Below are positions 1 to 9,348 of a DNA stretch of 40,525 nucleotides, in pieces. The notes under the pieces were generated by a model. The model was not told where the DNA came from and did no database searches. It was given only the letters and a program-made list of their open reading frames with translations. Both the position numbers and the translations under genes were made by a program. Numbering within the stretch: the stretch's first letter is position 1; every line of letters begins with the position of its first letter. The stretch comes from a virus (taxonomy: Duplodnaviria > Heunggongvirae > Uroviricota > Caudoviricetes). The stretch lies in IMG/VR virus record IMGVR_UViG_2734482565_000012. One strand, written 5' to 3'.

Positions 1-63
1 CGTGGACTTCAGGTTGTCCTTCGCTTCGCGCGGGGTATGCCCCTTACTGCTGCCTTTACCCAT
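1..63 (-). CDS. J: tail tip / host-specificity protein J, first 21 codons only; gene continues beyond window start
   Basis: Minus-strand ATG at 61-63 translates MGKGSSKGHTPREAKDNLKST, matching the lambda J N-terminus as recalled; lies about 60 nt downstream of the I stop. Confidence 0.7.
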   Translation of the reverse strand, partial: MGKGSSKGHTPREAKDNLKST

Positions 64-123
64 TCCTCACGCTCCATAAACGACAAAACCGCCCGCAGGC
101 GGTTTCTCATAAAACATTTTGCA

Positions 124-646
124 TCAGCGACCAATCACCACAACCTGACCACCATCCCCTTCGTCTGCCGTGCTGATCTCCTGAGAAACCACACGTGACC
201 CCACGCGCATTTCCCCGTACAGAACAGGCAGAACATTACCCTGGGCAACCATGTTATCCAGTGACGAGAAATACGTGTTCTGTTTGCCGTTATCTGTACT
301 GGCTGCCGTGGGCGTCCTGGCTTTCGGTGCCAGCATCTGCGCCACACCACCCAGGATCATACTGGCCCCTGCTGCATACATACCCGATACAGCCGCGGCC
401 CCCAGCCAGCCCACAGGGTTCCACCATGCCACCGCAATCAGCGCCGCACCCAGCACCGCCTGAAACACACCGCCACTTTTGGCACCCGCCAGACGCGGAA
501 CGATGTGGATCACGGCACCATTTGCCAGCGGTTCATTAAGACGGGCAGATAATTCATTTTCGCCTGCATCACGCCCGGCAATGCGCACCTGATACCAGCC
601 GTCGCTCAGTTTCTGACGAAATGCCGGGAGCTGTGTGGCCAGTGCC
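124..646 (-). CDS. I: tail assembly protein I, 5' end lost in assembly gap
   Basis: ORF 124..588 has near-identity to lambda gpI C-terminal two-thirds as recalled. The frame stays open upstream of the listed GTG (..ALATQLPAFRQKLSDGWYQVRIAGRD..) up to the N-run at 647. Confidence 0.85.
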
Positions 647-1337
647 NNNNNNNNNNNNNNNNNNNNNNNNNNNNNNNNNNNNNNNNNNNNNNNNNNNNNN
701 NNNNNNNNNNNNNNNNNNNNNNNNNNNNNNNNNNNNNNNNNNNNNNNNNNNNNNNNNNNNNNNNNNNNNNNNNNNNNNNNNNNNNNNNNNNNNNNNNNNN
801 NNNNNNNNNNNNNNNNNNNNNNNNNNNNNNNNNNNNNNNNNNNNNNNNNNNNNNNNNNNNNNNNNNNNNNNNNNNNNNNNNNNNNNNNNNNNNNNNNNNN
901 NNNNNNNNNNNNNNNNNNNNNNNNNNNNNNNNNNNNNNNNNNNNNNNNNNNNAAGCGTCCCGGAACAGCGTGTAACAGTCCGTCACCCCGTGCTCAAAGC
1001 GCCGCCCGGTGAGATGCGGCACACAGCGGAACTTGTGAATCGCCCCGCGGCAGACCAGCCACCACGACAAATCACTCTGCACCTGCAGCCGCCGGTCGGC
1101 CTCACTCAGCCAGGGCAGACCACCGGGGTGGCTGTGGACCAGCGCCACAATCTCACCCTGCATCTCTGCCTGCAGCCAGTCCTCCGGAGCCATCCGGAAA
1201 TACTCCTCCGGCTCACCGGAAATATTCACGCAGGGAAAATATCTTTCCCCCTCCGGTGTTCTCACCACGAAGCCGCACGACTCCGCTGGCGCACATCGCC
1301 GGGCGTGCGCCAGAATCGCTGATTCTGTCTGTGTCAT
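606..1337 (-). CDS. K: tail assembly protein K (JAB/MPN plus NlpC/P60-type), interrupted by assembly gap
   Basis: N-terminal 128 aa (MTQTESAILAHARRCAPAESCGFVV..HSHPGG..) closely match lambda gpK as recalled. The C-terminal part is N-masked, so frame and length after the gap are not trustworthy. Confidence 0.8.
   Translation of the reverse strand: MTQTESAILAHARRCAPAESCGFVVRTPEGERYFPCVNISGEPEEYFRMAPEDWLQAEMQGEIVALVHSHPGGLPWLSEADRRLQVQSDLSWWLVCRGAIHKFRCVPHLTGRRFEHGVTDCYTLFRDAXXXXXXXXXXXXXXXXXXXXXXXXXXXXXXXXXXXXXXXXXXXXXXXXXXXXXXXXXXXXXXXXXXXXXXXXXXXXXXXXXXXXXXXXXXXXXXXXXXXXXXXHWPHSSRHFVRN
647..952. other. assembly gap (run of N)
   Basis: 306 consecutive N; interrupts K and the 5' end of I. Confidence 0.99.
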
Positions 1338-1342
1338 GGGAT

Positions 1343-2041
1343 TTACTGCGAAAGTTTGTTAATGGAAAGGAAGCCGCCAAAGTTGCCGACGTTATTGCGG
1401 AACTTACAACCGCTCAGGCATTTGCTGCATTTATCCTTCGTGATATCGGACGTTGGCTGGTCATATTCATCCGCGACAGCCGGACCGTGATAACCGCACT
1501 CATCACCGCGATAGGTCCAGGTGCAGGTATTAGCAAGCATGATGCGCCCCGGAAAAACAGCGCCGTCCGTTTCCGTCGGCGTGGACAGTACAAAGGAGGC
1601 ACTGACCGCGCTCAGTTCGCTGCACTGCTCAATACGCCAGCGGCTGATCACCTCCTGCTCCGGATCGGCGTCACTGTTTCCGTTGACGAAGTTCACCGCA
1701 TCCAGAAAACGGGCGTAAACCTTACGCCTGACCACCGTTCCGCCGACCAGACTCTGCAGGTCTTCCGCCATCCCGGTGACCATGCCGTGCAGATTAGAGA
1801 CTTTCAGCGTTGGCCTTGCACTGGCACCTTTGCCGTTCATCTCAAATCCACTCCCCTGAATGGGATAGGCCTGATACTGCCGACTCTGCCAGGTGACAGA
1901 CTCTCCTTTCTCGTTCTGCTCATTGCAGAAAAAGTAGCGATCCCCGCCTACCTCGGTCAGGTCGATTTCCCAGAGCACCACGCTGGCCGACTGCTCCGCA
2001 CGAATGCATTCATTCAGCGTTTCCTGTTGTATGTCCTGCAT
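1343..2041 (-). CDS. L: minor tail protein L
   Basis: 232 aa, near-identical to lambda gpL as recalled (MQDI.QETLNEC.RAEQSASVVLWEIDLTEVGG.RYFFCNEQNEKGE..GFLSINKLSQ). Confidence 0.92.
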   Translation of the reverse strand: MQDIQQETLNECIRAEQSASVVLWEIDLTEVGGDRYFFCNEQNEKGESVTWQSRQYQAYPIQGSGFEMNGKGASARPTLKVSNLHGMVTGMAEDLQSLVGGTVVRRKVYARFLDAVNFVNGNSDADPEQEVISRWRIEQCSELSAVSASFVLSTPTETDGAVFPGRIMLANTCTWTYRGDECGYHGPAVADEYDQPTSDITKDKCSKCLSGCKFRNNVGNFGGFLSINKLSQ

Positions 2042-2379
2042 CAGATCACCACTTCGTCAAACTGACACGAAAAATCGGTATAGGTGATATGTTCTGTCGC
2101 TGACCACGTTCGACACACCACTCTGATTTTTCTGTTAATACCCGGCGGGCGCCAAAAAAAAGATTTATAGCCTTCATGCCGGGCTAAAAATTTTTCAAAT
2201 GAATCACGTTCATTCGCCTCAACTTTGAAATCACAGGTGAAAACGCGCAGAGAATGATTAAGTCCATTTGGACTTCGTTGCTCATAACCATCACCAAATC
2301 TTACAGTTTTTATCGATGGTTTATTTTCTGTTTTCATTCCATCCTCTGGTAACCAGTGAAATTCTTCCGTATTAGCCAC
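2041..2379 (-). CDS. minor tail protein M
   Basis: 112 aa with lambda gpM-like motifs ([20 protein letters not shown]); sits between tape measure and L as in lambda. Confidence 0.8.
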   Translation of the reverse strand: MANTEEFHWLPEDGMKTENKPSIKTVRFGDGYEQRSPNGLNHSLRVFTCDFKVEANERDSFEKFLARHEGYKSFFWRPPGINRKIRVVCRTWSATEHITYTDFSCQFDEVVI

Positions 2380-5300
2380 TTAACATTCCCCCATCACGTC
2401 GCATATTTAACAGATTGCCCTGCACCCGCTGATCAACCATCCCCATAAGTGCTTTTATTGCCTGAGGGCCAATCTCTCCATTCTGGCCGTCATTTTGAAT
2501 AGTGATTTGGTATACAGGGGCATAGGTAATATCTCCGCCTCCATTACCACTTTTACTATTAATAGCTCTGACACCAAGAGAACCATCGGAAGTTCGTGTT
2601 AATGGCATAATGGCTTCCGGTCCAGCCTCACCAAAAACACCAGCCCCTTTTGCAAAAGCAAAAAATTGCGGGGAATCATAAATACCGTTCGAATACGTGC
2701 TCAATGACGGAGACTCATAAACACCGCCCTTTGCATTCGGAATAAATTTACTAATAGCACTCCCGATAGTTCCTAAAATCCCCCCAGAAGAACTGTTACT
2801 AATGCTGTCGAAAATCCCAGTAATTGAAGCCTTTAATGCTATTCGACTAAGATCCGAAATCACGGAAGTAGCGAAAGAACGAAAATTTGCCTTGCCTGTC
2901 GTGACAAAATCACCCAGCGCATCGGTCATCCCATCAAACATCTGAGTCGTGGTTGATTTTATCTGCTCACTGATATCCTTAGTGTCATCCAGCCAGTTAT
3001 TGAATCCCTGGGAGGCACCACTAACCCAGTCTCCTGCCTGAATATCGAGCTGCTCGTTTTTCTGTCTGACAATTTCTTTTTCCCGTTCCAGAGCATCATT
3101 CAGAGCCTGCATTTTCTCTTGAAAAACATGATCTGACATTCCACGGGATTTATCTGCATAGTCACGTTCAAGTTGCAGACGCTGATTGTTATATCCATGT
3201 TCAATCCGCAGTAATTCCTGCTGGCGTTGCTGATTTTTATCGCCAACCCCATAACCAGCAATCTGAATATCATACCCCTGCTGACGATTATCAATCGAAG
3301 CCTGCAATGAATCACGCCATGCTGTTATTTCGGCGGATTCCTTGATTAGCCTGTTATTTTTTTCAATCGCAACATTTTTCTCCATCAACGTGGTTATTTC
3401 TTCCCGGTGTAAGAGAAGCGATTTCTGATCCTGGGTTAATTTCGATGATGGTCGTGACTCTAGGTCGGCAATCCGCTGACGCCACTTAACCAGTTCCTGT
3501 TCAGAGGAACTTAATTTAACGGTCAACTCAGCTTGTGAACTTAGTAACGCATTCTGTTGATTCAGATGATCAATCATTCGTTGGGCTGCATCATCAGAAT
3601 AACCTTTCGCCTTTGGTTGCTTTGGATCTTTATAACGCTCATTTATTTGAGCGATAAGATTATTATATTCTTCCTTTGAATACTGATTCTTTAGCTTTTC
3701 CAGTTTTGCAAGTTCACTAGCTCTCTGCTGCTCCCGGGTCTGATATTGTTTTGAAAAGGCATCTGCTCTCTGTCTGAGTTCAATTCCTTCCTGTTGTCGC
3801 TTGTTGTAATCGTTTATTGATGAATTTAGTACGTCCTGAGCAATTTTTTCTGCTTGAAGTACGCCCAATTGCTGCTTTAATCGTGCCAGCCTTTTATTTT
3901 GAGCTCCGCCATCTCCAATGCCACCTAACCCGAAAACTCCGGGTCGGGTATTTTTTTCTATTTCATCAATTTGACGGAGAACATCTGAGATTTTTTGATC
4001 AAGGGAGGCCTCACGGCCAATATCCAGCATGGAATCCCATGCCCATTTTGCGGAGTCTGCGACAGCTTTCCATGCAGTCTCAAGATAACCAAGATTTTCT
4101 TTAATCTGGTTGGTGCGCTGGATCATTGAGGATGAGTATTCTTCTGTCGCAATGCGGGCGGCCTCCTGCTGGTTCCCTTCATCCTGTAGCGCCTTAATCT
4201 GGTTATAAGTCGCAAGTGTCAGAAAATGGTACTGATCATTAAGTTTTGATATGGCACTGACAGGATCCTTTGCAATTTCATTGAAGTCATTAACCAGTTG
4301 TTCGGTTGATATTCCTGTTACTTCGCTCGTTTTTACTATCGCTGTCGTCACTTGCTCCAGCGAACTGCTCGCTACCTTTCCCGAACGCACAAGCTGATTT
4401 AATACTGCCGCCGCAGCACCAGTTGTCGAATCAGCCGCATTCCCGGCACGTTGAGCTATATCGCCCAATTGCCCGCTGGTTGTCCCCAACTGATTTCCGG
4501 TAAGAATAAGAGATTTATTAAATTCGTCCTGCTCCTGAGAGCCTTTATAGTAAGCCAGTCCTAAGACCCCAACGGCTGCTGCGGCCAGGGTAAAAGGATT
4601 AATTAATCCCAGCACATAAGAACCTACACCTTTGATCGCCGGGCCAATCCCACCGAACATATCTTTTAGCTGGCCGCCCTGCTGCATTAACACCATAAAT
4701 GGCGACTGACCAGTGGACAACCCAACAACAATATCCGTCATTTGTACAGGCAACATGCGCATAGCAAAAGCCGTTTGTTTTGCCGACATTCCGGTTTTGC
4801 TTAATTGTGATTGAGTAACCTCAAGCTCACTCCGCATAGCACGAAGTTTTCCAGAAAGCTCCTCATACATTTCAGGAGAAAGCATCCCCTTAGCTTTTGC
4901 TTCATTGAGCTGTTTCTGTTGTTCTACCAGACGATTAAAAGCAGTTCCGACAGGATCAAGTTGAGCAATCAGACGTTGCAAAGCAACAACCTGTTCATCA
5001 TGCGCTTTTGCTGCTTCTCGCTCTGCCTGAGCCTCTCCGGTAAGCTCTCGCCGTGTTTCCTGTATTTTTCGGCTATAATTCTCAAACTGAGAACCATTTA
5101 TTTTCCCGGATGCAAACGCAGCATTAAGTTCATCATGCTGTTGTTCAAGATTTCTTAGCGCCGCAGCCAGAGGGTCGATCTTGTCCAGCATTCTTTGAAA
5201 GGCCTGAGCCTGCGCTTCCTGCTGGGCGGCAGCAAGTTTTCCGGCCTTCTCGGCTTCTCTCTGCGCTTGCGCAACCCCGCTCAATTCCTCTGTGGTTTCA

Positions 5301-5605
5301 TTAAGTTTACGGACAAGAAATTCATATTCTTCTTTATCAATAAGCCCTTTATCGAAAAATTTCTTTAATTCAGAATAGCGTCGACCGACAGTATCAATTG
5401 CGGCACCAACTGGATCAATAGCTGCTTTTAATTTTGCGAGCGCGTTCTTCTCATCTTCTGTTGCCTTAGTCACTTTCCCTGCGCTATTTGCAGCAGTTTC
5501 CCCAGCCTGCGTCATTTTGACTAATGAGGAGGTCAGATTGTCAGCATTATTTTTCGCTCCAGTGCTATCAATAATTATTGCGAGACGCGAGGTTTGCTCT
5601 GCCAT
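2372..5605 (-). CDS. tail tape measure protein
   Basis: 1077 aa, long coiled-coil-rich N-terminal two-thirds (repeated A/Q/E/K/L heptads), hydrophobic central segment, glycine-rich C-terminus; positioned between G-T and M. Confidence 0.9.
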   Translation of the reverse strand: MAEQTSRLAIIIDSTGAKNNADNLTSSLVKMTQAGETAANSAGKVTKATEDEKNALAKLKAAIDPVGAAIDTVGRRYSELKKFFDKGLIDKEEYEFLVRKLNETTEELSGVAQAQREAEKAGKLAAAQQEAQAQAFQRMLDKIDPLAAALRNLEQQHDELNAAFASGKINGSQFENYSRKIQETRRELTGEAQAEREAAKAHDEQVVALQRLIAQLDPVGTAFNRLVEQQKQLNEAKAKGMLSPEMYEELSGKLRAMRSELEVTQSQLSKTGMSAKQTAFAMRMLPVQMTDIVVGLSTGQSPFMVLMQQGGQLKDMFGGIGPAIKGVGSYVLGLINPFTLAAAAVGVLGLAYYKGSQEQDEFNKSLILTGNQLGTTSGQLGDIAQRAGNAADSTTGAAAAVLNQLVRSGKVASSSLEQVTTAIVKTSEVTGISTEQLVNDFNEIAKDPVSAISKLNDQYHFLTLATYNQIKALQDEGNQQEAARIATEEYSSSMIQRTNQIKENLGYLETAWKAVADSAKWAWDSMLDIGREASLDQKISDVLRQIDEIEKNTRPGVFGLGGIGDGGAQNKRLARLKQQLGVLQAEKIAQDVLNSSINDYNKRQQEGIELRQRADAFSKQYQTREQQRASELAKLEKLKNQYSKEEYNNLIAQINERYKDPKQPKAKGYSDDAAQRMIDHLNQQNALLSSQAELTVKLSSSEQELVKWRQRIADLESRPSSKLTQDQKSLLLHREEITTLMEKNVAIEKNNRLIKESAEITAWRDSLQASIDNRQQGYDIQIAGYGVGDKNQQRQQELLRIEHGYNNQRLQLERDYADKSRGMSDHVFQEKMQALNDALEREKEIVRQKNEQLDIQAGDWVSGASQGFNNWLDDTKDISEQIKSTTTQMFDGMTDALGDFVTTGKANFRSFATSVISDLSRIALKASITGIFDSISNSSSGGILGTIGSAISKFIPNAKGGVYESPSLSTYSNGIYDSPQFFAFAKGAGVFGEAGPEAIMPLTRTSDGSLGVRAINSKSGNGGGDITYAPVYQITIQNDGQNGEIGPQAIKALMGMVDQRVQGNLLNMRRDGGMLSG

Positions 5606-5619
5606 TTATTAAAACTCCT

Positions 5620-5650
5620 GACAACAAAAAACCCACCGCGAAGTGGGTTT
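5620..5650 (-). terminator. intrinsic terminator-like hairpin between G-T and tape measure genes
   Basis: Plus strand aaacccac-cgcgaa-gtgggttt; on the minus strand the stem is followed by TTTTTGTTGT. Lies in a roughly 165-nt non-coding spacer. Confidence 0.4.
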
Positions 5651-5770
5651 CAGGCGACATAATAGTAGATATAGCGATTACGAGGCCACGCAATGCTTTT
5701 CTCCAGGAGCATCATCGATTTAATTAAAGACACCATCACATCTCTGTAACAGAGTGTACGTAATTAACAA

Positions 5771-6540
5771 CTACACACACTGCTCCTGAAAATACTGGTC
5801 ATCCAGTGCAAAGATCACTGCTTCAAATTCATCGCGCTCAATCAATACCGGATGAGTGGCTAAATATTCATTTATCTCTGTCAGAGATAAAGGCAAAGGC
5901 ACCCCAGCCATTCCAGCATAACGTCGGGCACGGGATATTACCGAATAGGCGTACAACAACTCCTTAAGCACCGGGTCTATTTCTGGTTCCGGTATCGGTG
6001 GCAACCTGAGTTTTTCTCGCTTCCATCTTGCCTTTTCCCCCCTTTCTCCCCCGAACTCCGATAACCACCGCTGGGCAGCTATGGCTTTTTTATCGTATCC
6101 TGCTTCTGCTGCTCTTTACCCTGGGCGATGCTGGCTGCTTCTGCAAGGATCTGCCAGTACAACTCTGGATTCTGCTTAAGCAGCGCGATCCCTCGTTCTG
6201 CCGTATATTCCAGTGCAACCTCAACACCATTAACCAGTTCACCAACCCCTTTCCAGTCTTTCAGCAGATAACGAGCGGCATTATCAATGAGTAAATCATC
6301 AACAGAATCCACCTCGGAAACCTTTGAAATATCAAACTCCTTCGTTCCGACGTGCAAACTGGCATCCATTTTCTCAATGTGGCGACGGATTAATGCATTA
6401 CGGGAGCGATACTGATCGTTATCGCTGCTTGCCACCAACAGTTTTAACCCGTCTACAGGTTTTAAGTCCTTCATTGGCGTAAACCAGCGTTCTCCACCAA
6501 TGATAATTTTCTGATTAAGAATAAACATCCATAACCTCAT
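5771..6540 (-). CDS. tail assembly chaperone G-T fusion made by programmed -1 frameshift
   Basis: Shifting -1 at the heptamer (plus 6085-6091) continues ..AIAAQRWLSEFGGERGEKARWKREKLRLPPIPEPEIDPVLKELL.. into ORF 5771..6004 with no stop. Same architecture as lambda G/G-T. Confidence 0.7.
6079..6540 (-). CDS. tail assembly chaperone G (zero-frame product)
   Basis: 153 aa acidic protein directly upstream of the tape measure gene; ends ..DTIKKP* at an A_AAA_AAG slippery heptamer. Confidence 0.75.
   Translation of the reverse strand: MRLWMFILNQKIIIGGERWFTPMKDLKPVDGLKLLVASSDNDQYRSRNALIRRHIEKMDASLHVGTKEFDISKVSEVDSVDDLLIDNAARYLLKDWKGVGELVNGVEVALEYTAERGIALLKQNPELYWQILAEAASIAQGKEQQKQDTIKKP
6085..6091 (-). 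other. slippery heptamer A_AAA_AAG for the G to G-T -1 frameshift
   Basis: Minus-strand codons AUA AAA AAG CCA UAG at the end of G; the -1 frame is open into the T segment. Confidence 0.65.
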
Positions 6541-6588
6541 TCAATGCGTCCCCCTGTAGGGCAGTACCACAGGAGGAATAACGGAAAA

Positions 6589-7551
6589 TCAACTAATCGC
6601 CTCAGCACTGGCTTTTGCGATCACGGCAGCCGGGGAATTTTTTTTTCTGGTTATCGTAGGTGCTTCATCTGCTGCGGTAATGCTCAATTGAACCTGGATA
6701 ATGTCGCTATTACCCCCATCAGGCCATTCACCTGACACCTGAACCTTCGGGAAACTGAAAGTGTATGCCCCCTCTCCATTCGAAAGCGTGAAGCTGAACG
6801 GAACTGTTTCTCCAGTCAGTGTTTTACTCCAGATTTCCCACGCGGCTTTAGACCATGAAAGCGTCACCGTACCGGACGGTGTAAAAGTAGTCGGAATATT
6901 TGCTCCTGCATAAGGCGAGCCAGTCCCGATACAACGCTGTGTCTGGAGTTTGTTATCGAACTGAATATCAAAACTGTCGATACAAAAACCGTTACCTCCG
7001 GCAACACCATTCAGGCTTACTGCTGAAACCTCCTTAAACGAATAACGTAGCTTTCCTGCACTATCCACAGGTTCGCCTTTGATAAAATTCGTATCATCGG
7101 CCTTTGATTCCCAGTCCAGTCCGGCAAAGGTTACGGTCGCTGTAATATCGCCGTCGTTAGGGATCTGCATTTTCCATGAGCCAACCTGCGCTCCTCTGAC
7201 GACAGAGGCAATTCCGACATCGGACGCATAGGTCGCCAGAGAAAATGTTATTCGCTCATTCCCCATTGTCAGAGAATCGCCTGACCATTCCGCGCCGAAA
7301 CAGGATGCAAGAAAATCATCATGTTGACCCCAGCGAAATTTGGTACCAACATCACCGCCGACATCCACAGTGCCAGGCGTCGCCCCCTGAGCCATCCGGG
7401 AGCCACCAATCTCATTATTTTCGCCTTTATTCTGGGTGGGTTTTACTCCCCAGCTTGTGCGTTTTAATAAACTCCAGTCACCACTTGCTGGCGTAGTGCC
7501 TGCAACCGTCTCCCGGATAAATGCCGAGATAACCTTTGCACCTGAACTCAC
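6589..7551 (-). CDS. major tail (tube) protein with C-terminal extension
   Basis: 320 aa, beta-rich and G/S/T-rich, immediately upstream of the chaperone gene; position and composition fit a lambda V-like tube protein. Confidence 0.75.
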   Translation of the reverse strand: MSSGAKVISAFIRETVAGTTPASGDWSLLKRTSWGVKPTQNKGENNEIGGSRMAQGATPGTVDVGGDVGTKFRWGQHDDFLASCFGAEWSGDSLTMGNERITFSLATYASDVGIASVVRGAQVGSWKMQIPNDGDITATVTFAGLDWESKADDTNFIKGEPVDSAGKLRYSFKEVSAVSLNGVAGGNGFCIDSFDIQFDNKLQTQRCIGTGSPYAGANIPTTFTPSGTVTLSWSKAAWEIWSKTLTGETVPFSFTLSNGEGAYTFSFPKVQVSGEWPDGGNSDIIQVQLSITAADEAPTITRKKNSPAAVIAKASAEAIS

Positions 7552-7577
7552 AGGAGCCTCCTATGTCATTAATTGCG

Positions 7578-7970
7578 CTAGAGCGCGCGATATGGAATTT
7601 GAAGATTAAGCTGGAACCAGCCATTCTTTTCGCCAACGGCTATTGAGGAAACAGCCTGGTAACTGAGACGATCGTCATCCTGAAACTCAAACAGTTCCCG
7701 CAATTTATCGGCTGTCTCAGTAATGAGTTTTGAACCAGAACCTGCGGGGACAAATAACTGAATAATGATTATCCCCGTGCGATAAACAACCGGCCCCGCG
7801 CCAATTTCATTAACTCCAGCCTGCCCGGGAATATTACTTAACCGCGCCCAGATTAACTTACCGGAAGGATCGAACGTTGGCCCGTTCGGATACAATACGT
7901 CTTTTCCATCAATAATCGTCTGTGCCGTCATTCTGGAAATAACCGTATTTCTGATTTCAGTAAACTTCAT
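7578..7970 (-). CDS. tail terminator protein (gpU-like)
   Basis: 130 aa, lies between the tail-completion and major tail genes; size and position match lambda U. Confidence 0.6.
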   Translation of the reverse strand: MKFTEIRNTVISRMTAQTIIDGKDVLYPNGPTFDPSGKLIWARLSNIPGQAGVNEIGAGPVVYRTGIIIIQLFVPAGSGSKLITETADKLRELFEFQDDDRLSYQAVSSIAVGEKNGWFQLNLQIPYRAL

Positions 7971-8347
7971 TTGTAAGCCTGTAAAACACCATGAAAAGCG
8001 TTGGCATACACGCCAGTTGGCGCTTGTTGTGAATGACCGTTTTCAAGAGCCTCTGCATAAGGAAGGTTATTCTGGATATAAATAACCCCGTAATTTGCAG
8101 CTTTCGAAATAACCCCGATCCCACGCTGAACAGCAATCGTACCGTTCGGATCCACGTTATCAGATATACCAAAATCGGGATGCTGTAACGACACCAGGTT
8201 GTTATTTCTGAAACGTCCGGTATCAACCGGAGCAGCAATATCAATAGCAGTAAGAATCTGCATAGCGATGTAGCGAATCTTCAGCCCTACATCTTCCTCA
8301 ATCATCCCGGCAAATATTGACGGTTCTATATCCCATGCCTTTGCCAT
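7967..8347 (-). CDS. tail completion / HK97 gp10-family protein
   Basis: 126 aa; 4-nt overlap with downstream gene; position in head-tail joining block. Confidence 0.5.
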   Translation of the reverse strand: MAKAWDIEPSIFAGMIEEDVGLKIRYIAMQILTAIDIAAPVDTGRFRNNNLVSLQHPDFGISDNVDPNGTIAVQRGIGVISKAANYGVIYIQNNLPYAEALENGHSQQAPTGVYANAFHGVLQAYK

Positions 8348-8731
8348 TTACGCTCTCCTTAACTGGATAGAGTAAACTGATGCGGAAGGATCTACACTTG
8401 CTGTAATTACCTCGTATCGTTGTAACTGCCTTGATACAGGATCATAAATCTCAATAATATGGTCGACAGCTGGTTTATCCGTAACCTCGCATACCAGAGC
8501 GGTTAATTTAAGGTCACCATGCAAAATATTAATCCCATCAATTCTGCCCAGCTTATAACGTGTCAACACGCCTCGCCCGGTATAGATTGCGGTTGATTCG
8601 CCGCCAGTTTCCGTCACAGGATCCCAGTGCCGGTGCGTAACGTAAGAACCAGAAAAATCACTCACGGCGTCCGCTAAATCCTCATCAAAAGCAGCGGCAA
8701 CCTCTGACTGAATCTCTTCACGAAGCCCCAT
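8348..8731 (-). CDS. head-tail adaptor / head closure protein
   Basis: 127 aa; synteny between connector and tail completion genes; start overlaps upstream stop. Confidence 0.5.
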   Translation of the reverse strand: MGLREEIQSEVAAAFDEDLADAVSDFSGSYVTHRHWDPVTETGGESTAIYTGRGVLTRYKLGRIDGINILHGDLKLTALVCEVTDKPAVDHIIEIYDPVSRQLQRYEVITASVDPSASVYSIQLRRA

Positions 8732-9126
8732 TATCCCCCCCTCACAACCCTGACTTGTGAGCGACTAAGTCCGTACGGTTTCAGCAGTGCTATCGCAAGC
8801 TGTAAATCGGGTTCAAGCAATGCAGTGCTGTTTGCTGGCAACTCAGAAAATGATTTCGATACACTGACCCCGTCAGCCGACACGGCTTTACTGATAACAA
8901 CGCCAGAATCATTTTTCTGCTGAAACAACTTACCGAATGAGGCAATTCTGGCTGCATATGCTCCCGCAAGTTTTACCTCTTCCGGAATACGGGATGGGTT
9001 AATTTTCAGGTTGAAGCCATTAAGCCAGGCATTAGCCATTAAAACAGCTTTATTTTTAGCGTTCTCACTCGTCCAGGCGTTCCCAAACGCATTATCAACG
9101 TCATCACAGGTCACGTAAGTGATCAT
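8731..9126 (-). CDS. head-tail connector protein
   Basis: 131 aa, first gene after the capsid block; product assigned by position only. Confidence 0.45.
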   Translation of the reverse strand: MITYVTCDDVDNAFGNAWTSENAKNKAVLMANAWLNGFNLKINPSRIPEEVKLAGAYAARIASFGKLFQQKNDSGVVISKAVSADGVSVSKSFSELPANSTALLEPDLQLAIALLKPYGLSRSQVRVVRGG

Positions 9127-9129
9127 GTG

Positions 9130-9306
9130 TTACTCCTGAGTTTTCCAGCCCATAGCCTTCCAGTTGTCAACTTCATCAGGATGAACATTAGCGATAGTTG
9201 GTGCGCCGGGAAACATCTGATAATCGGTCACCATAACCACTAACTCAATTTGCGTTTTTTGTGCGGCTTCACGCTGTGCTCTTTGCTCTTTAGTTAATCC
9301 GGCCAT
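9130..9306 (-). CDS. small hypothetical protein (58 aa) between capsid and connector genes
   Basis: Minus-strand ATG preceded by a G-rich SD-like run; MAGLTKEQRAQREAAQKTQIELVVMVTDYQMFPGAPTIANVHPDEVDNWKAMGWKTQE*; below the ORF-track length cutoff. Confidence 0.3.
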   Translation of the reverse strand: MAGLTKEQRAQREAAQKTQIELVVMVTDYQMFPGAPTIANVHPDEVDNWKAMGWKTQE

Positions 9307-9313
9307 ATGCCCC

Positions 9314-9338
9314 CCATTAAAAATGGGGCCGAAGCCCC
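9314..9338 (-). terminator. intrinsic terminator-like hairpin after the major capsid gene
   Basis: ggggc-cgaa-gcccc stem (plus 9325-9338); on the minus strand it is followed by AUUUUUAAUGG. Confidence 0.4.
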
Positions 9339-9348
9339 GTTTGAATGT

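Noticed and set aside
2372-5605. Several 60-115 aa ORFs on both strands inside the tape-measure gene (3100..3315, 3817..4104, 4306..4503, 4811..5158)
   Set aside because: Fully nested in a long, confidently assigned CDS; no SD context; low-complexity translations typical of alternative frames.
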